The position numbers and the translations under genes are program-made. Source: an uncultured bacterium (GTDB lineage Bacteria; Edwardsbacteria; CAYGWX01). Taken from it: a stretch of DNA of 64,000 nucleotides. Below the pieces are notes generated by a model. It did no database searches. It was not told the DNA's origin and saw nothing but the letters and a program-made list of their open reading frames with translations. The stretch is from assembly GCA_964353855.1 (NCBI GenBank), contig CAYGWX010000005.1:7120-71119 (forward strand), read 5' to 3'. Each line of letters begins with the position of its first letter. The stretch's first letter is position 1. Shown piece after piece: positions 16,735-26,196 of the stretch.

Positions 16735-16952
16735 TTGTGTTTGTGGGGCGGGGGCGAAGCCCCGCCCCCCTCCTGTTACAACTCATTACCATTTTTTACT
16801 ATTCATTACTCTTCTTTTCCTTCCGTCTCACTATCTCACCTTCACGATCCGCACAATCTCGTCATGCTGAACTTGTTTCAGCATCTCTCTTCCCGGCATC
16901 ATTGCGAGGAGCGTAGCGACGAAGCAATCTCGCCGTACCTCCTCACTCCTTT

Positions 16953-19079
16953 CTACCTCACCTTCACAATCCTCCCTAACCCGGCCTCCCTTTCCAGCCC
17001 TCTGAGGAAGTACACCCCCGGCGCCAGCCCCTCCCCGACCCGGTCTCCCCGGAAGGTCCCGACCCTCCGTCCCGCTATGTCGTAGAGCGCGAATCGCTCG
17101 GCCTCGTGGCCCGGCACCGTGGTGAACGAGACGAATGGATTAGGTATGATCTTCAACCGTCCAACCGTCAACCCGTCCAACGATCTAACCGAGGGTTGGT
17201 CTTCCACGAACGACGTTCCGCCGTCCGTGGTCTTCAAAATCGTGCCGTCCGTTCCGACGGCGTACCCTGTGTTGTTATCAACGGGGAAATAAACCGAGTG
17301 AAGGATGGTGGACGATCCCGGATCCTGGCCCGTCCAATGGCTTCCCCCGTCCGTGGTTTTGAGGATGGTGCACAGACCTCGACTGTAATCTCCTCCCACG
17401 GCATATCCGGTTTGAGAACTCACCGGGAAATAGATTGAGAAGATATAATGAGTTGAATCCTGCCTTGTCCAGCTTGTCCCTCCGTTGGTGGTCTTCGCAA
17501 TGGTGTTAGCCCCTGCGGCATAGCCCGTTTGAGCATTGATCGGAAAGTGCACCGACAGGAGAGAGGGGTACGTTGAACTTTGATACACCCAATTGCTCCC
17601 GCCGTTCGTGGTCTTGTAGATACCTCCATCTCCCGCGATGTAACCGGTATCTGCATCCACAGGGAAGTAGACCGACCAGAGGTAATTGTTCGTAATGATT
17701 CGTTGGTCCACCCAGGTTGAGCCCCCGTCGGTGGTCTTCACGACGGCGCCTTGGTCACCTACGGCATAGCCGGTCTGGACATTCACGGGGAAATGGACGG
17801 AGCGCAGTGGGCTAAATATTCCAGTGTTCTGTCGCGTCCAAATCGCCCCGCCATCCGTGGTCTTCAAGGCATACGCTCCATACCCATCCGCCCCTACAAT
17901 GTAGCCGGTTTGGGCGTCCACCGGAAAATGCACGGCCCGAGTATATGAAAAGGATGTGTCCGCAGTCGGGCTTGCCCAGACGGTCCCTCCGTTGGTGGTC
18001 TTTAAAATAGTACCCCAGGGGCTGACGGAATAGCCGGTCTGAGCGCCTGTTGGGAAGGAGACCGAGAGCAAATCATAGGTTATTCCCTGAGTTTTTCTCA
18101 CCCAGGTATTTCCGCCATCCGTCGTCTTTAGAACCGACCCGCCTTCTCCCGCGATGTATCCTGTCTGGGCGTTTTGGGGAAAACCAACGGATAACAAAGA
18201 ATCCTTTACTGAGAAAACTTGATTGGCCCAGGTAGCTCCGCCATCCGTCGTTTTTAGAATGACGCCGGAAAAGGCAACTCGTGCTCCCACAGCATAACCG
18301 GTTAAGGCATTCATGGGGAAATGGACTGCATAGAGATTGTGGGACGTGCCTGCACTCTGCGGAGCCCAGGTGGTTCCGCCATTGGTAGTTTTTAATATCC
18401 TTCCGTTGGAGCCCGTTGCGTACCCCGTGGTGGCGTCCACAGAAAAATGGACCGAATAAAGGTCGTCCGTGGTTCCAGAATGCAGCGTGTCCCAGACGGC
18501 TCCCCCGTTTGTGGTCTTTCGGATGGCGCCTCCGCGTCCCGCGGCGTATCCGGTCTGGGCGTTCCCCGGAAAGTAAACCGAGCGAAGGCCGGGGTTGTAA
18601 TACAACGGCTGCGGAGCCCAGGTCGCACCCCCGTTGGTGGTCTTGAGGATGGTGGTATTGCTGCCGTCGTCGTCCCTGGCGATGTACCCGGTATCCGCCC
18701 CTGCTGGGAAGTGGACGCAGTAAAGGCGTGTGGTGAACCCTGAGGTCTGCCGGACCCAGGAGGTTCCGCCGTTTACGGTCTTGAGTATGATGCCGGAATC
18801 CCCCACGGCGTAGCCAGTTTGGGGCCCTGCCGGAAAATGCACAGAACGTAGGGTGAAGGTTGTTCCCGAGGTCAGGACCCTCCATGTGGCTCCCCCGTCC
18901 GTAGTTTTCATCATTGTTCCATAGGCTCCGACCGTGTATCCTGTGTTTTCGTCCACGAAGCACTGTCCGGCCAGCGTGTTCCCCTGCGGCAGGGGGTTCT
19001 GCCAGAACCATCCGGCCTGCCCGAATCCGGGCAATAAAAATAGCACGGCCGGGATCAAGACGAGTCTCAAGTAACACAT
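16953..19079 (-). CDS. Secreted BNR/Asp-box repeat double beta-propeller protein with T9SS C-terminal sorting domain
   Basis: At least 14 repeats of ILKTT(D/N)GG(A/T)TW (BNR S-x-D-x-G-x-T-W). The C-terminal ~80 aa match por_Secre_tail style (KIIPNPF...GVYFLR...). Start set at the ATG at 19079, with AAGGAGG 6 nt upstream and a signal peptide MCYLRLVLIPAVLFLL. Confidence 0.75.
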   Translation of the reverse strand: MCYLRLVLIPAVLFLLPGFGQAGWFWQNPLPQGNTLAGQCFVDENTGYTVGAYGTMMKTTDGGATWRVLTSGTTFTLRSVHFPAGPQTGYAVGDSGIILKTVNGGTSWVRQTSGFTTRLYCVHFPAGADTGYIARDDDGSNTTILKTTNGGATWAPQPLYYNPGLRSVYFPGNAQTGYAAGRGGAIRKTTNGGAVWDTLHSGTTDDLYSVHFSVDATTGYATGSNGRILKTTNGGTTWAPQSAGTSHNLYAVHFPMNALTGYAVGARVAFSGVILKTTDGGATWANQVFSVKDSLLSVGFPQNAQTGYIAGEGGSVLKTTDGGNTWVRKTQGITYDLLSVSFPTGAQTGYSVSPWGTILKTTNGGTVWASPTADTSFSYTRAVHFPVDAQTGYIVGADGYGAYALKTTDGGAIWTRQNTGIFSPLRSVHFPVNVQTGYAVGDQGAVVKTTDGGSTWVDQRIITNNYLWSVYFPVDADTGYIAGDGGIYKTTNGGSNWVYQSSTYPSLLSVHFPINAQTGYAAGANTIAKTTNGGTSWTRQDSTHYIFSIYFPVSSQTGYAVGGDYSRGLCTILKTTDGGSHWTGQDPGSSTILHSVYFPVDNNTGYAVGTDGTILKTTDGGTSFVEDQPSVRSLDGLTVGRLKIIPNPFVSFTTVPGHEAERFALYDIAGRRVGTFRGDRVGEGLAPGVYFLRGLEREAGLGRIVKVR

Positions 19080-19300
19080 CGCTTCCTCCTTTCCGTACCT
19101 ATCGGGTGAACAGGCTTTATGCCTCTGTTCCAAAGACCCTTATATCATAAGGCGAACCCCCCGATTTTGTCAAGCCCTCATTTTGACTTTTTTCATGCCT
19201 TCCCGTCTGGGGGGTTAATCCCTTCCATCCGTGGTTCTCTCGGTCTTTCCCCCAGCCCCGCCCTCAGCCTGCCCCGCCTGTCTCCGCTCCCTGCGCCAAT

Positions 19301-19424
19301 AATTAGTGTGAAGTTAGCGTGAAATTAGAGAGAAGTTAGTGTTAAATTAGTGTTAAATTAGACTTAAATTAGTGTTAAATTAGACACAACTTAGTGTGAA
19401 CTTGGCGTGAAGATGGCGTGAGGT
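19301..19424. repeat. AT-rich tandem repeat of about 10 units with a 12-bp period (TTAGTGTTAAAT / GGCGTGAAGATG)
   Basis: Direct reading. Lies 170-290 bp upstream of the BNR cargo gene start. The last units grade into the GGCGTGAGGTG form seen elsewhere in the window. Confidence 0.7.
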
Positions 19425-19568
19425 GCTCCTATAGTGCGTTGGTTTACTGTGAGTTATGGCTAAAAGGGGGGAGCTTAAGGGTGGGCTTGAACTTGGAACT
19501 GTCGCTGTAAGTACTTGAAGAAAAATAGGTTGGATTTGTTTAGCGATTGCCGTCAGCTCATTTCAGCC

Positions 19569-22500
19569 CTAAAAGTACGCCCGGACCTCGGCCCTGGCCA
19601 GGACCTGGGGCCGGGCTCCCTCCCGGGTCCTTCCGGAATAGGACACCCGGCCGGTGATGTACTCGTTGAGCTTCATCTCCCCTCCTAAACTGAAGTCGCC
19701 CGAGAACCCCACGGGCCTCTCCGTGATCACGTCCGCGGGCAGGAGCTCTTTGGGAGTCCTGGTCGTCCGGCGGGTGAGCACCCCGCTGAGTTCAAACTGG
19801 CCTTTGGTCGCAAACGTCCGCCTGAGTCCCGGCCTTGCCTGCAAGGCGAACAGCTCCATCTTTCCCAGGTAGGGATAGAAGGCCGGCTCCTCCACCCAGG
19901 TCCACATCGCTCCCGGCGAAAGCCGTATCTCCCAGGGGAGAGACGGCCGGTGCACCCAGCCCGCTCTGAGTGAGCGGTCCAGGACCTTGTTTTCTATCCC
20001 GATCTCCGTGCTCCCGTTCCGCGAAAGGCTCTGGTCTCCAACCAGCTCAAAGGTCGTCCGCTCGGTGGCGGCCACCCGGTAGGTCCCCTCGTGCTCGATC
20101 TCGAACCGTTCCGCATGCCGCCCCTCCACCCGGTTGTCTTCCTCGTCGCTCCTCCGGATGCGGTAGATCCACTCTCCCTGGACCTGCTCCGTCTTCTGGG
20201 AAATACTCAGTCTGGCCTCAAGGTACGTCCTCCCGTACACCGTGGCCTCGTCCCTCTGGAATGTGCCGGGGTTTAGAAGATAAACCTTCAGCCGGTCCTG
20301 CTCCCGGCTCTCCTCCTCTACCGAGGCGAACACGTCCGAGGAGATGGCCGAGAGTCCCGCGCCCCGGCCCAGAAGGATGAGCCTCTGTGAGGCCTTGAGC
20401 GTGGTCACCGGGCTCTCTCCTCCCTGGTCCAGGAGCACCCTTCGCCAGTCCCCTCCCGGAGAGCGGTAGTATCTTCCGGTCGCAGGATCACGACGCCAGT
20501 CCCCCTGTCCCTCGGTAACCTGATAGAACTGCTCGCTCTTGAGCGCCGTGGCCGTGTTGGTGAACTCGTAGCTGGTGTTGGAAGTGAGCGCCCCCTTGCT
20601 CGGGGAATAATCTAACAGGGCCTTTCCCAGTTCGGTTATCACCCCGCTCCCCACCCTTCCCGGCTCCATGACCTTCCTTCTCCGGGTGTAGGACAGGTTC
20701 GTGGAATAGCCCCCGGTTGAGGAAAACCCTGCCGTTCCTCCGTACGTCCGCGTCCTGGAATCCAGCACCCATCCACCGGGCTCATAGACCCTGTCCTTCC
20801 TCAGGCCCCCGGTGAGCTCTCCGGTCAAGCCTCCTCCGGTCTTCGGCCCAAGGCGATAGCCGAGTCCCCCTCCCGGTTCCTCGTACTCGTAGCCAGAGCG
20901 CAGGAGCCCCGCCCCGTATCCGCTCCAGCGCTCATGGGCATAGCTCGCCCTGGGAGTGAGCCACCTGATCTTCTGGCCCAGGGAGTAAAACTGTCTCTCT
21001 CTTCTCCGCTCATTCACCGAATCCGGGGAGGAGGAAAGGGTATCTGCAGACCTGACCAGCTCGGCCTGGGCCTTGACCATCGTGTTTCCGGATAACTCCA
21101 GACCCCCGCTCCGTCTCAGCGCCCAGCGCCCGTCCGTCCGGGAGAGCCTCCCGGCCTCGCCGGTTAGCGACCAATTGGGCCTGGGCTTATAGACCAGGCT
21201 TGCCTCCGCGTCCTTCTGGCCCAGGCCGAGTCCCTGGTCCAGGTTCCACTGATAGCCGTGATCCAGGGACCGTTGCTGATAAAAGGAGGAAAACTCAGGG
21301 GCGACCCAGTTGCCCCTCCCTTTGAACTCCAGATCCCCAAGCCCCTTCCCCGCCAAGTTCATTCTCTTCGGGGTCCAATCCCAGCTTCCCCTGAATGCCT
21401 TTCCTCGGGAGACGTGTCCCGGAAGGTCGCTGAAGGTGTTCCGGTCCCTTCGCGAGGCCGCGAATTCAAAGCTCGCCCCCCCTGCATCCTTCACCTTGTA
21501 ACCCAGGCTGGCGCCCACGAGTTCCATCCGCTCGGGCAGGGGAAGGAATGTCCTCGGGGTGTATTCCCCGGCCCCGTTTCCCACGAAGACATACCCACCC
21601 AGCGTCCCGTCATAGCGGTATTCCCCCCTTCCGGGGCCGACCCGGGAGAAGCTCACCTGATAGTCCCCCCGGGGCCGGCCTGAATAGGTGAAGATGGAGT
21701 CGGTCCGGATATAATCCCCGTTTCCCGGGCCCACATAGCTGGCCCCGGAAATGACCGCTTTCTTGGGGTCCGTGCCCGCCGCCCTCAGGGCCTCCCTGGT
21801 GGAATCGCTCAAGGCGAAGCTCAAGGGCCTCTCCCTCTCATCCTCCTCCCTGAGCCCGGTGAGAACCAGGCTGAGCCTGTCCCTGAGCCCTAGAAGGGTC
21901 TGTCTTCCTCCCGCGAAATTCCTGCGGTACAGGTCGTTGGTGTACTCGAAGTCTGCCGCGATTCTGGACTGGCCCGTGATCAGCCTCCTGGGCGTGAAGA
22001 AGAGCTCCCCGTTGGTGTAGTCTATCGTGTAGTCGTTGTTCTCGCCCCTTCTCAGGAGCTCCCCGTCCAGCCAGACTTTCTCGGTCCCGCCCAGGATCAC
22101 GATCTCCCGGCGCCCGGTCTCGGACGTCAGGGGATAAGGCCCCTGCTTCCCTTCCGTGCCGGAGAATCGGTTCTCCGCGAACCGACCCTTGGGCACGGCA
22201 TAGGCCAGGGTCAGCGTCCCGGGCTTGAAGTTTAGGTCCACCCTCGCCCCCGTCAGGCGGCGCTCCAGCGCGGTCCAGACCCCGTCTTTCAAAGCGAAGT
22301 CGTAGTCCCCGACCAGGGCCTGGCCCCGGTTCCCCCGGACGGCCAGAGAAACCTTGTCTATCTCCTCCAGACGTTCGGTCGTTCCCTCGGGCTGGATGGG
22401 CAGGTTCTCGTCCGACAGGAGCCCCTCCATCTCAACCCCGGACGTCACCTGTCCCGAAAGCGAGAGCCTGAGCGATTGTTCCAGGGAAAGATCCTGCTGG

Positions 22501-22967
22501 GTTCCCACCGAAAGCCCGAAGGTCTTGCTTCCTCCGAACCGGAACTCCGCGGGGTTCTCCGCCCCCGGGGCTTTGGCCTGGCTGTCCGAGACAGCGACCA
22601 GGGCCTGAGCGGTGTCCTCCCTGACCCGGAAGTGCGTGTAGGACCTGTTCATCGAAAAGGGCAGGACCTCGTAGGAGACGACCGCCCTCCGGCTTGCCTC
22701 CAGTCTCCCGGCAAAGTAGATCTCTCCCCGCTCGAAGTCCAAGACATACTCCCGGTCTCGGACAAGAAGACTGTCCCCCTTGCCCTCGGACTTTCGGAGG
22801 ATGCGGACGCTCTCGCTCCCGATCAGGATACGACCCGGGGAAAGGGTATAAGGCCCCGCATCCCCTCGCCCCTCGAGCGTATCGGTCCTCGTCTCCCCCA
22901 GACACAGGGCCGGGAGGACAAGAACCACCAAGAAGAGGAGGACTACCCTATGGTCCTTCCAGATCAT
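19569..22967 (-). CDS. Large (about 1130 aa) outer-membrane beta-barrel protein of unknown family
   Basis: Signal peptide MIWKDHRVVLLFLVVLVLPALCLG. The mature protein is essentially cysteine-free and rich in alternating G/Y/R/S/T beta-strand patterns, and ends in ...VRAYF (aromatic C-terminal residue typical of BAM substrates). Confidence 0.5.
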   Translation of the reverse strand: MIWKDHRVVLLFLVVLVLPALCLGETRTDTLEGRGDAGPYTLSPGRILIGSESVRILRKSEGKGDSLLVRDREYVLDFERGEIYFAGRLEASRRAVVSYEVLPFSMNRSYTHFRVREDTAQALVAVSDSQAKAPGAENPAEFRFGGSKTFGLSVGTQQDLSLEQSLRLSLSGQVTSGVEMEGLLSDENLPIQPEGTTERLEEIDKVSLAVRGNRGQALVGDYDFALKDGVWTALERRLTGARVDLNFKPGTLTLAYAVPKGRFAENRFSGTEGKQGPYPLTSETGRREIVILGGTEKVWLDGELLRRGENNDYTIDYTNGELFFTPRRLITGQSRIAADFEYTNDLYRRNFAGGRQTLLGLRDRLSLVLTGLREEDERERPLSFALSDSTREALRAAGTDPKKAVISGASYVGPGNGDYIRTDSIFTYSGRPRGDYQVSFSRVGPGRGEYRYDGTLGGYVFVGNGAGEYTPRTFLPLPERMELVGASLGYKVKDAGGASFEFAASRRDRNTFSDLPGHVSRGKAFRGSWDWTPKRMNLAGKGLGDLEFKGRGNWVAPEFSSFYQQRSLDHGYQWNLDQGLGLGQKDAEASLVYKPRPNWSLTGEAGRLSRTDGRWALRRSGGLELSGNTMVKAQAELVRSADTLSSSPDSVNERRRERQFYSLGQKIRWLTPRASYAHERWSGYGAGLLRSGYEYEEPGGGLGYRLGPKTGGGLTGELTGGLRKDRVYEPGGWVLDSRTRTYGGTAGFSSTGGYSTNLSYTRRRKVMEPGRVGSGVITELGKALLDYSPSKGALTSNTSYEFTNTATALKSEQFYQVTEGQGDWRRDPATGRYYRSPGGDWRRVLLDQGGESPVTTLKASQRLILLGRGAGLSAISSDVFASVEEESREQDRLKVYLLNPGTFQRDEATVYGRTYLEARLSISQKTEQVQGEWIYRIRRSDEEDNRVEGRHAERFEIEHEGTYRVAATERTTFELVGDQSLSRNGSTEIGIENKVLDRSLRAGWVHRPSLPWEIRLSPGAMWTWVEEPAFYPYLGKMELFALQARPGLRRTFATKGQFELSGVLTRRTTRTPKELLPADVITERPVGFSGDFSLGGEMKLNEYITGRVSYSGRTREGARPQVLARAEVRAYF

Positions 22968-23820
22968 AGATGAGGACCCTGTGGTTTCCGGTGTCCGAGA
23001 CGTACAGTTTCGCCCCGGAGCAGAGCACGAACCCTGGACGGGCAAGCCCTTTGATCTCACCCATCTCCTCCCCGGCCTCAGAGAACGCCACGACCCGGTC
23101 GTGGCCTGTGTCCGCGACCCATATTCTTCCCTTGCCGTCCAGGGCCACGCTCTCCGGGGCTTTGAGTCTTCCCTTCCCGAGGATGCTCTGGGGTTCGCCC
23201 CAGGTGCTGAAGGACTGGATCCGGTTGTTCCCCCATTCCGCGACCCAGAGGGTTTTATCAGGTTCGCTTACCGCCACGCCCATGGGCTCGGAGAGGTTTC
23301 CGAGCCCTGTCCCGAACCCTCCGAACGAGCGTAACAGGCTTCCGGCTCCGGATAGGACCAGGACTCGGTGGCTCCCTTTTTCGCAGACCACCACGTCCCC
23401 GCTTCGGGCGACAACCAGGCCCTGGGGGAGGAATAGGACCTCCTCGGGTTTATAAAAGTCGCCTAACGAGACCCCATAACGGTCCAGACGCATCATCCTG
23501 CTTCCCGGAAGGTCCGAGACCAAAAGGCCCGAGGTCCCGGAGAGCGCCAGTCCGGTGATTCCCCTGAAAAGCCCTTCTCCTGGGATTTCCCTGAGATACG
23601 TCCCCAGGGAATCGAAGGCCTGGACACGGTTGTTGCCCGCATCGGCCACATAGAGCGTTCCGCGCTCATCCAGGGTCAATGCCCCGGGAGAGAAGAACTC
23701 CCCTGGTCCGGTCCCCTTTCTTCCGATCGTGGCCAGAAGCTTCGGGGAGAACGTCCCTCCGGGCATGGCCGGGAGTGGCTGGATGAGGAAGAGATATAGG
23801 CTTAGGAGGATTGCTGACAT
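22948..23820 (-). CDS. NHL-repeat beta-propeller protein with signal peptide
   Basis: Repeated (Y/W)VAD(T/A)GNNR(I/V)Q/F motifs across 6 blades. Start/stop overlap the barrel gene by about 20 nt. Confidence 0.7.
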   Translation of the reverse strand: MSAILLSLYLFLIQPLPAMPGGTFSPKLLATIGRKGTGPGEFFSPGALTLDERGTLYVADAGNNRVQAFDSLGTYLREIPGEGLFRGITGLALSGTSGLLVSDLPGSRMMRLDRYGVSLGDFYKPEEVLFLPQGLVVARSGDVVVCEKGSHRVLVLSGAGSLLRSFGGFGTGLGNLSEPMGVAVSEPDKTLWVAEWGNNRIQSFSTWGEPQSILGKGRLKAPESVALDGKGRIWVADTGHDRVVAFSEAGEEMGEIKGLARPGFVLCSGAKLYVSDTGNHRVLIYDLEGP

Positions 23821-23892
23821 GTCGTTTCGGTCAAAAGGCCGCCCCGATCAAGTCTCGGGACGGCCTTTCATCGTTTGGCCTTTTTTAAGAGG

Positions 23893-25398
23893 TTACCTCA
23901 GAATCGTGAGCCGGCGCGTGGTGTTGAAGGCTGGCTCGCCCCGCTCCCTGGCCTCGAAACGACAGAAATAAACCCCGTTGGGCACCGCGTGTCCTTCTCC
24001 ATCCCGACCGTCCCAGGCCACCCGCTTGCTCCCCGGCGAAGACTCTCCCTCCGCAAGTTTGCGGATCCTCTGTCCCAGACTGTTGTAGACCCAGACCGAA
24101 ACCCAGGCTCTTCGGGGAACCTGGAAGCGGACTTCGGTGCGTTCCCTCATCGGGTTGGGATGGAGGGAAAGGCCGTATTCCGAGGGAATAAGCTGGCTTG
24201 GACCCGCCTCCACCCCGCTTCCCGGCCGGGCCACGAAGCGGTAGGTGATGCTCTCCGGCGCAGCGATCGGGTCCGTGTTCCAGATGTTGATCCCCTTGGC
24301 TACGCTGAAGCTGTCCGTGGCCCAGAGGAAATAGCGGATGGTGCAAGCCTGGGCCACGGAAGGAATCGTGTAGTAGTAACGATTCCCCCGGACGCTATCC
24401 CTGCTGACTCCGTGGTACAGGGTGTCCGGATCCCCGGGCCGCTTGTTGTAGAACAGCGAGTCCCGCCAGACTCCTCCGCTGTAGGTCGCGGTATCCGTAA
24501 TCGTGCTCGCCACACTGAACGGTCCTGAGAACTGGGTGTCCGGCCAGACCGTGGAGTTGGCGAAGTCCGGAAGGTAGAAGTTCCAGGGCCGACCGCTGAC
24601 CGTGTCCGCGGCCTGGATCCGGCGTTGCAGGAACATCTTGTCTACGACCACGAAGTTACTGTCCGCGCCGTTGGCCCCCATGACCGCGGCCACCCCGTTC
24701 CCCCCGCAGAACCGCCCGGGCGTGTCCCACTCGTAGATCACCCGGGTCTCGTTGGTCCCGAAGTTGTCGGTGAAAGTGTAGCGGTCGCGCAGGATGACGC
24801 AGGGCCAGAACTTGTTCCCGCTGAAGGGAACCTTGACCTTCCCACGACCCACGATCCTCTTGCGGTGTCCCTCGTTAAGTTCGTAGGGGAATCCCCCTAA
24901 GTCGTAGGACGCGGTGACGATCCGTTGCCAGCTGTCTCCGGGGCGCATCGGGAAGCGGTACATATCTACCCCCGGGGAAGGTTTGTAAACCATAAGAAAC
25001 CTGAATCCCCCCTGCTCCTGGTCGAAGCCCATGTTCCAGGTGGCGAAAGTATCCCGGCGTTCATAGACCCAGCTTTCCACCCCGGAGAGGGTATCCAACT
25101 CCACGAGCTGGGCCGTGGGAAAGGAATCCGGGGCCGGGGGCCTTCCCTGGGTGCGAGGTCGTAGGGAGGCCGGGACGCGGACCACGCCCGGCCAATTCAA
25201 CGTATCCGCGCACAGGTCCCAGACCCGCCGGTTGGGGTTGAACTCGTCCCAGAAGAACTGGTCCGAGTTCTGCATGTAGTCTCCGGAGACCCCGCGGAGG
25301 AAGGGTTGGGTTGTCCAGATCGTGAAGTTGTTATAACCTCCCGCCAGGGCCCCGTGGGCGCAGGCGAGAACGAGAAGGGTTCCCAAGACTGTACGCAT
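23893..25398 (-). CDS. Secreted protein of unknown function with T9SS C-terminal sorting domain
   Basis: C-terminus ...VWVYNSLGQRIRKLAEG...GVYFCRFEA...RLTILR is por_Secre_tail-like. Signal peptide after the internal M (MRTVLGTLLVLACAHGALA). Confidence 0.6.
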   Translation of the reverse strand: MRTVLGTLLVLACAHGALAGGYNNFTIWTTQPFLRGVSGDYMQNSDQFFWDEFNPNRRVWDLCADTLNWPGVVRVPASLRPRTQGRPPAPDSFPTAQLVELDTLSGVESWVYERRDTFATWNMGFDQEQGGFRFLMVYKPSPGVDMYRFPMRPGDSWQRIVTASYDLGGFPYELNEGHRKRIVGRGKVKVPFSGNKFWPCVILRDRYTFTDNFGTNETRVIYEWDTPGRFCGGNGVAAVMGANGADSNFVVVDKMFLQRRIQAADTVSGRPWNFYLPDFANSTVWPDTQFSGPFSVASTITDTATYSGGVWRDSLFYNKRPGDPDTLYHGVSRDSVRGNRYYYTIPSVAQACTIRYFLWATDSFSVAKGINIWNTDPIAAPESITYRFVARPGSGVEAGPSQLIPSEYGLSLHPNPMRERTEVRFQVPRRAWVSVWVYNSLGQRIRKLAEGESSPGSKRVAWDGRDGEGHAVPNGVYFCRFEARERGEPAFNTTRRLTILR

Positions 25399-25414
25399 CT
25401 CCTGTTCCTCCTTT

Positions 25415-26191
25415 CTAAAAGCCTCTTCCCACGGACAGAGAAACCCCGGGTTCAAGGTCCGGAGCCATGCCCAGCCTCCATTCCCAACGCTCCGGGGCTG
25501 CGCTCAAGCTCCGGTTGTGCTTGCCAGCAACCCGGGCCGCGTCCAGTCCCGACAGGATGCGGTGCACGATGGCCCATCCCATCACGTAGCTCGCCCGGTG
25601 CCTTGCCTCCAGGCTCCTGAGCCTCTGGTCCCGATAACTGAACCAGGCCGCTTGGTCTCTCCAGGCCCAGGTCCGGTCCCCGGAGTAAATCCGCGTGTTG
25701 ATGTATTCCTCCTGCTTCGCCTTGTCGTTGGGATACTGCTCCCGGGCCTCGCGGCGGATCCACTCGTTGGCCGAGTCGCTGGAGAAGAACTGCCCCAGAT
25801 CCTTGAAGTACTGGTCCGGTGCCCCGGAGGGATTCGTGCTCGCGTTGCCTGCGGCGAAAGCGGTATACCCGCCCCGGAGAATTCCCTCCTGGGATTTGCT
25901 CACCAGGAAATAGGTCCACAGACCGGCTTCTATCGTAAAATAGAGCTTGGCTGCTCCCTTGGACTCTGCATACCACTGCCCCATCCCCGGCAGAACCAGG
26001 GAGTAAAGCATGGCCCGCTTGGGCGACTTCCAGCCTGCGGGGTGGCCCGGAAGAGCAGGTTCCTTCATCTTAAGGGTATCATTTTCCTGAACCAGAAGGA
26101 GCGAATGGGATTCCAAGTAGAGGCCGGATGCTTTCGCTGCAGAAGGAAGTAACCCGACCGCAACGATCAGCAGGATAATCTTCCTCATCAT
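25415..26191 (-). CDS. Hypothetical secreted/periplasmic protein
   Basis: Signal peptide MMRKIILLIVAVGLLPSAAKA. No domain recognised with confidence. Confidence 0.4.
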   Translation of the reverse strand: MMRKIILLIVAVGLLPSAAKASGLYLESHSLLLVQENDTLKMKEPALPGHPAGWKSPKRAMLYSLVLPGMGQWYAESKGAAKLYFTIEAGLWTYFLVSKSQEGILRGGYTAFAAGNASTNPSGAPDQYFKDLGQFFSSDSANEWIRREAREQYPNDKAKQEEYINTRIYSGDRTWAWRDQAAWFSYRDQRLRSLEARHRASYVMGWAIVHRILSGLDAARVAGKHNRSLSAAPERWEWRLGMAPDLEPGVSLSVGRGF

Positions 26192-26196
26192 CGCTC

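Noticed and set aside
15790-16740. Interpreting the about 110-bp flanking duplications as IS/transposon target-site duplications.
   Set aside because: They are far too long for target-site duplications (2-14 bp), and there are no terminal inverted repeats or transposase. att-type duplication by a site-specific recombinase (now absent) fits better.
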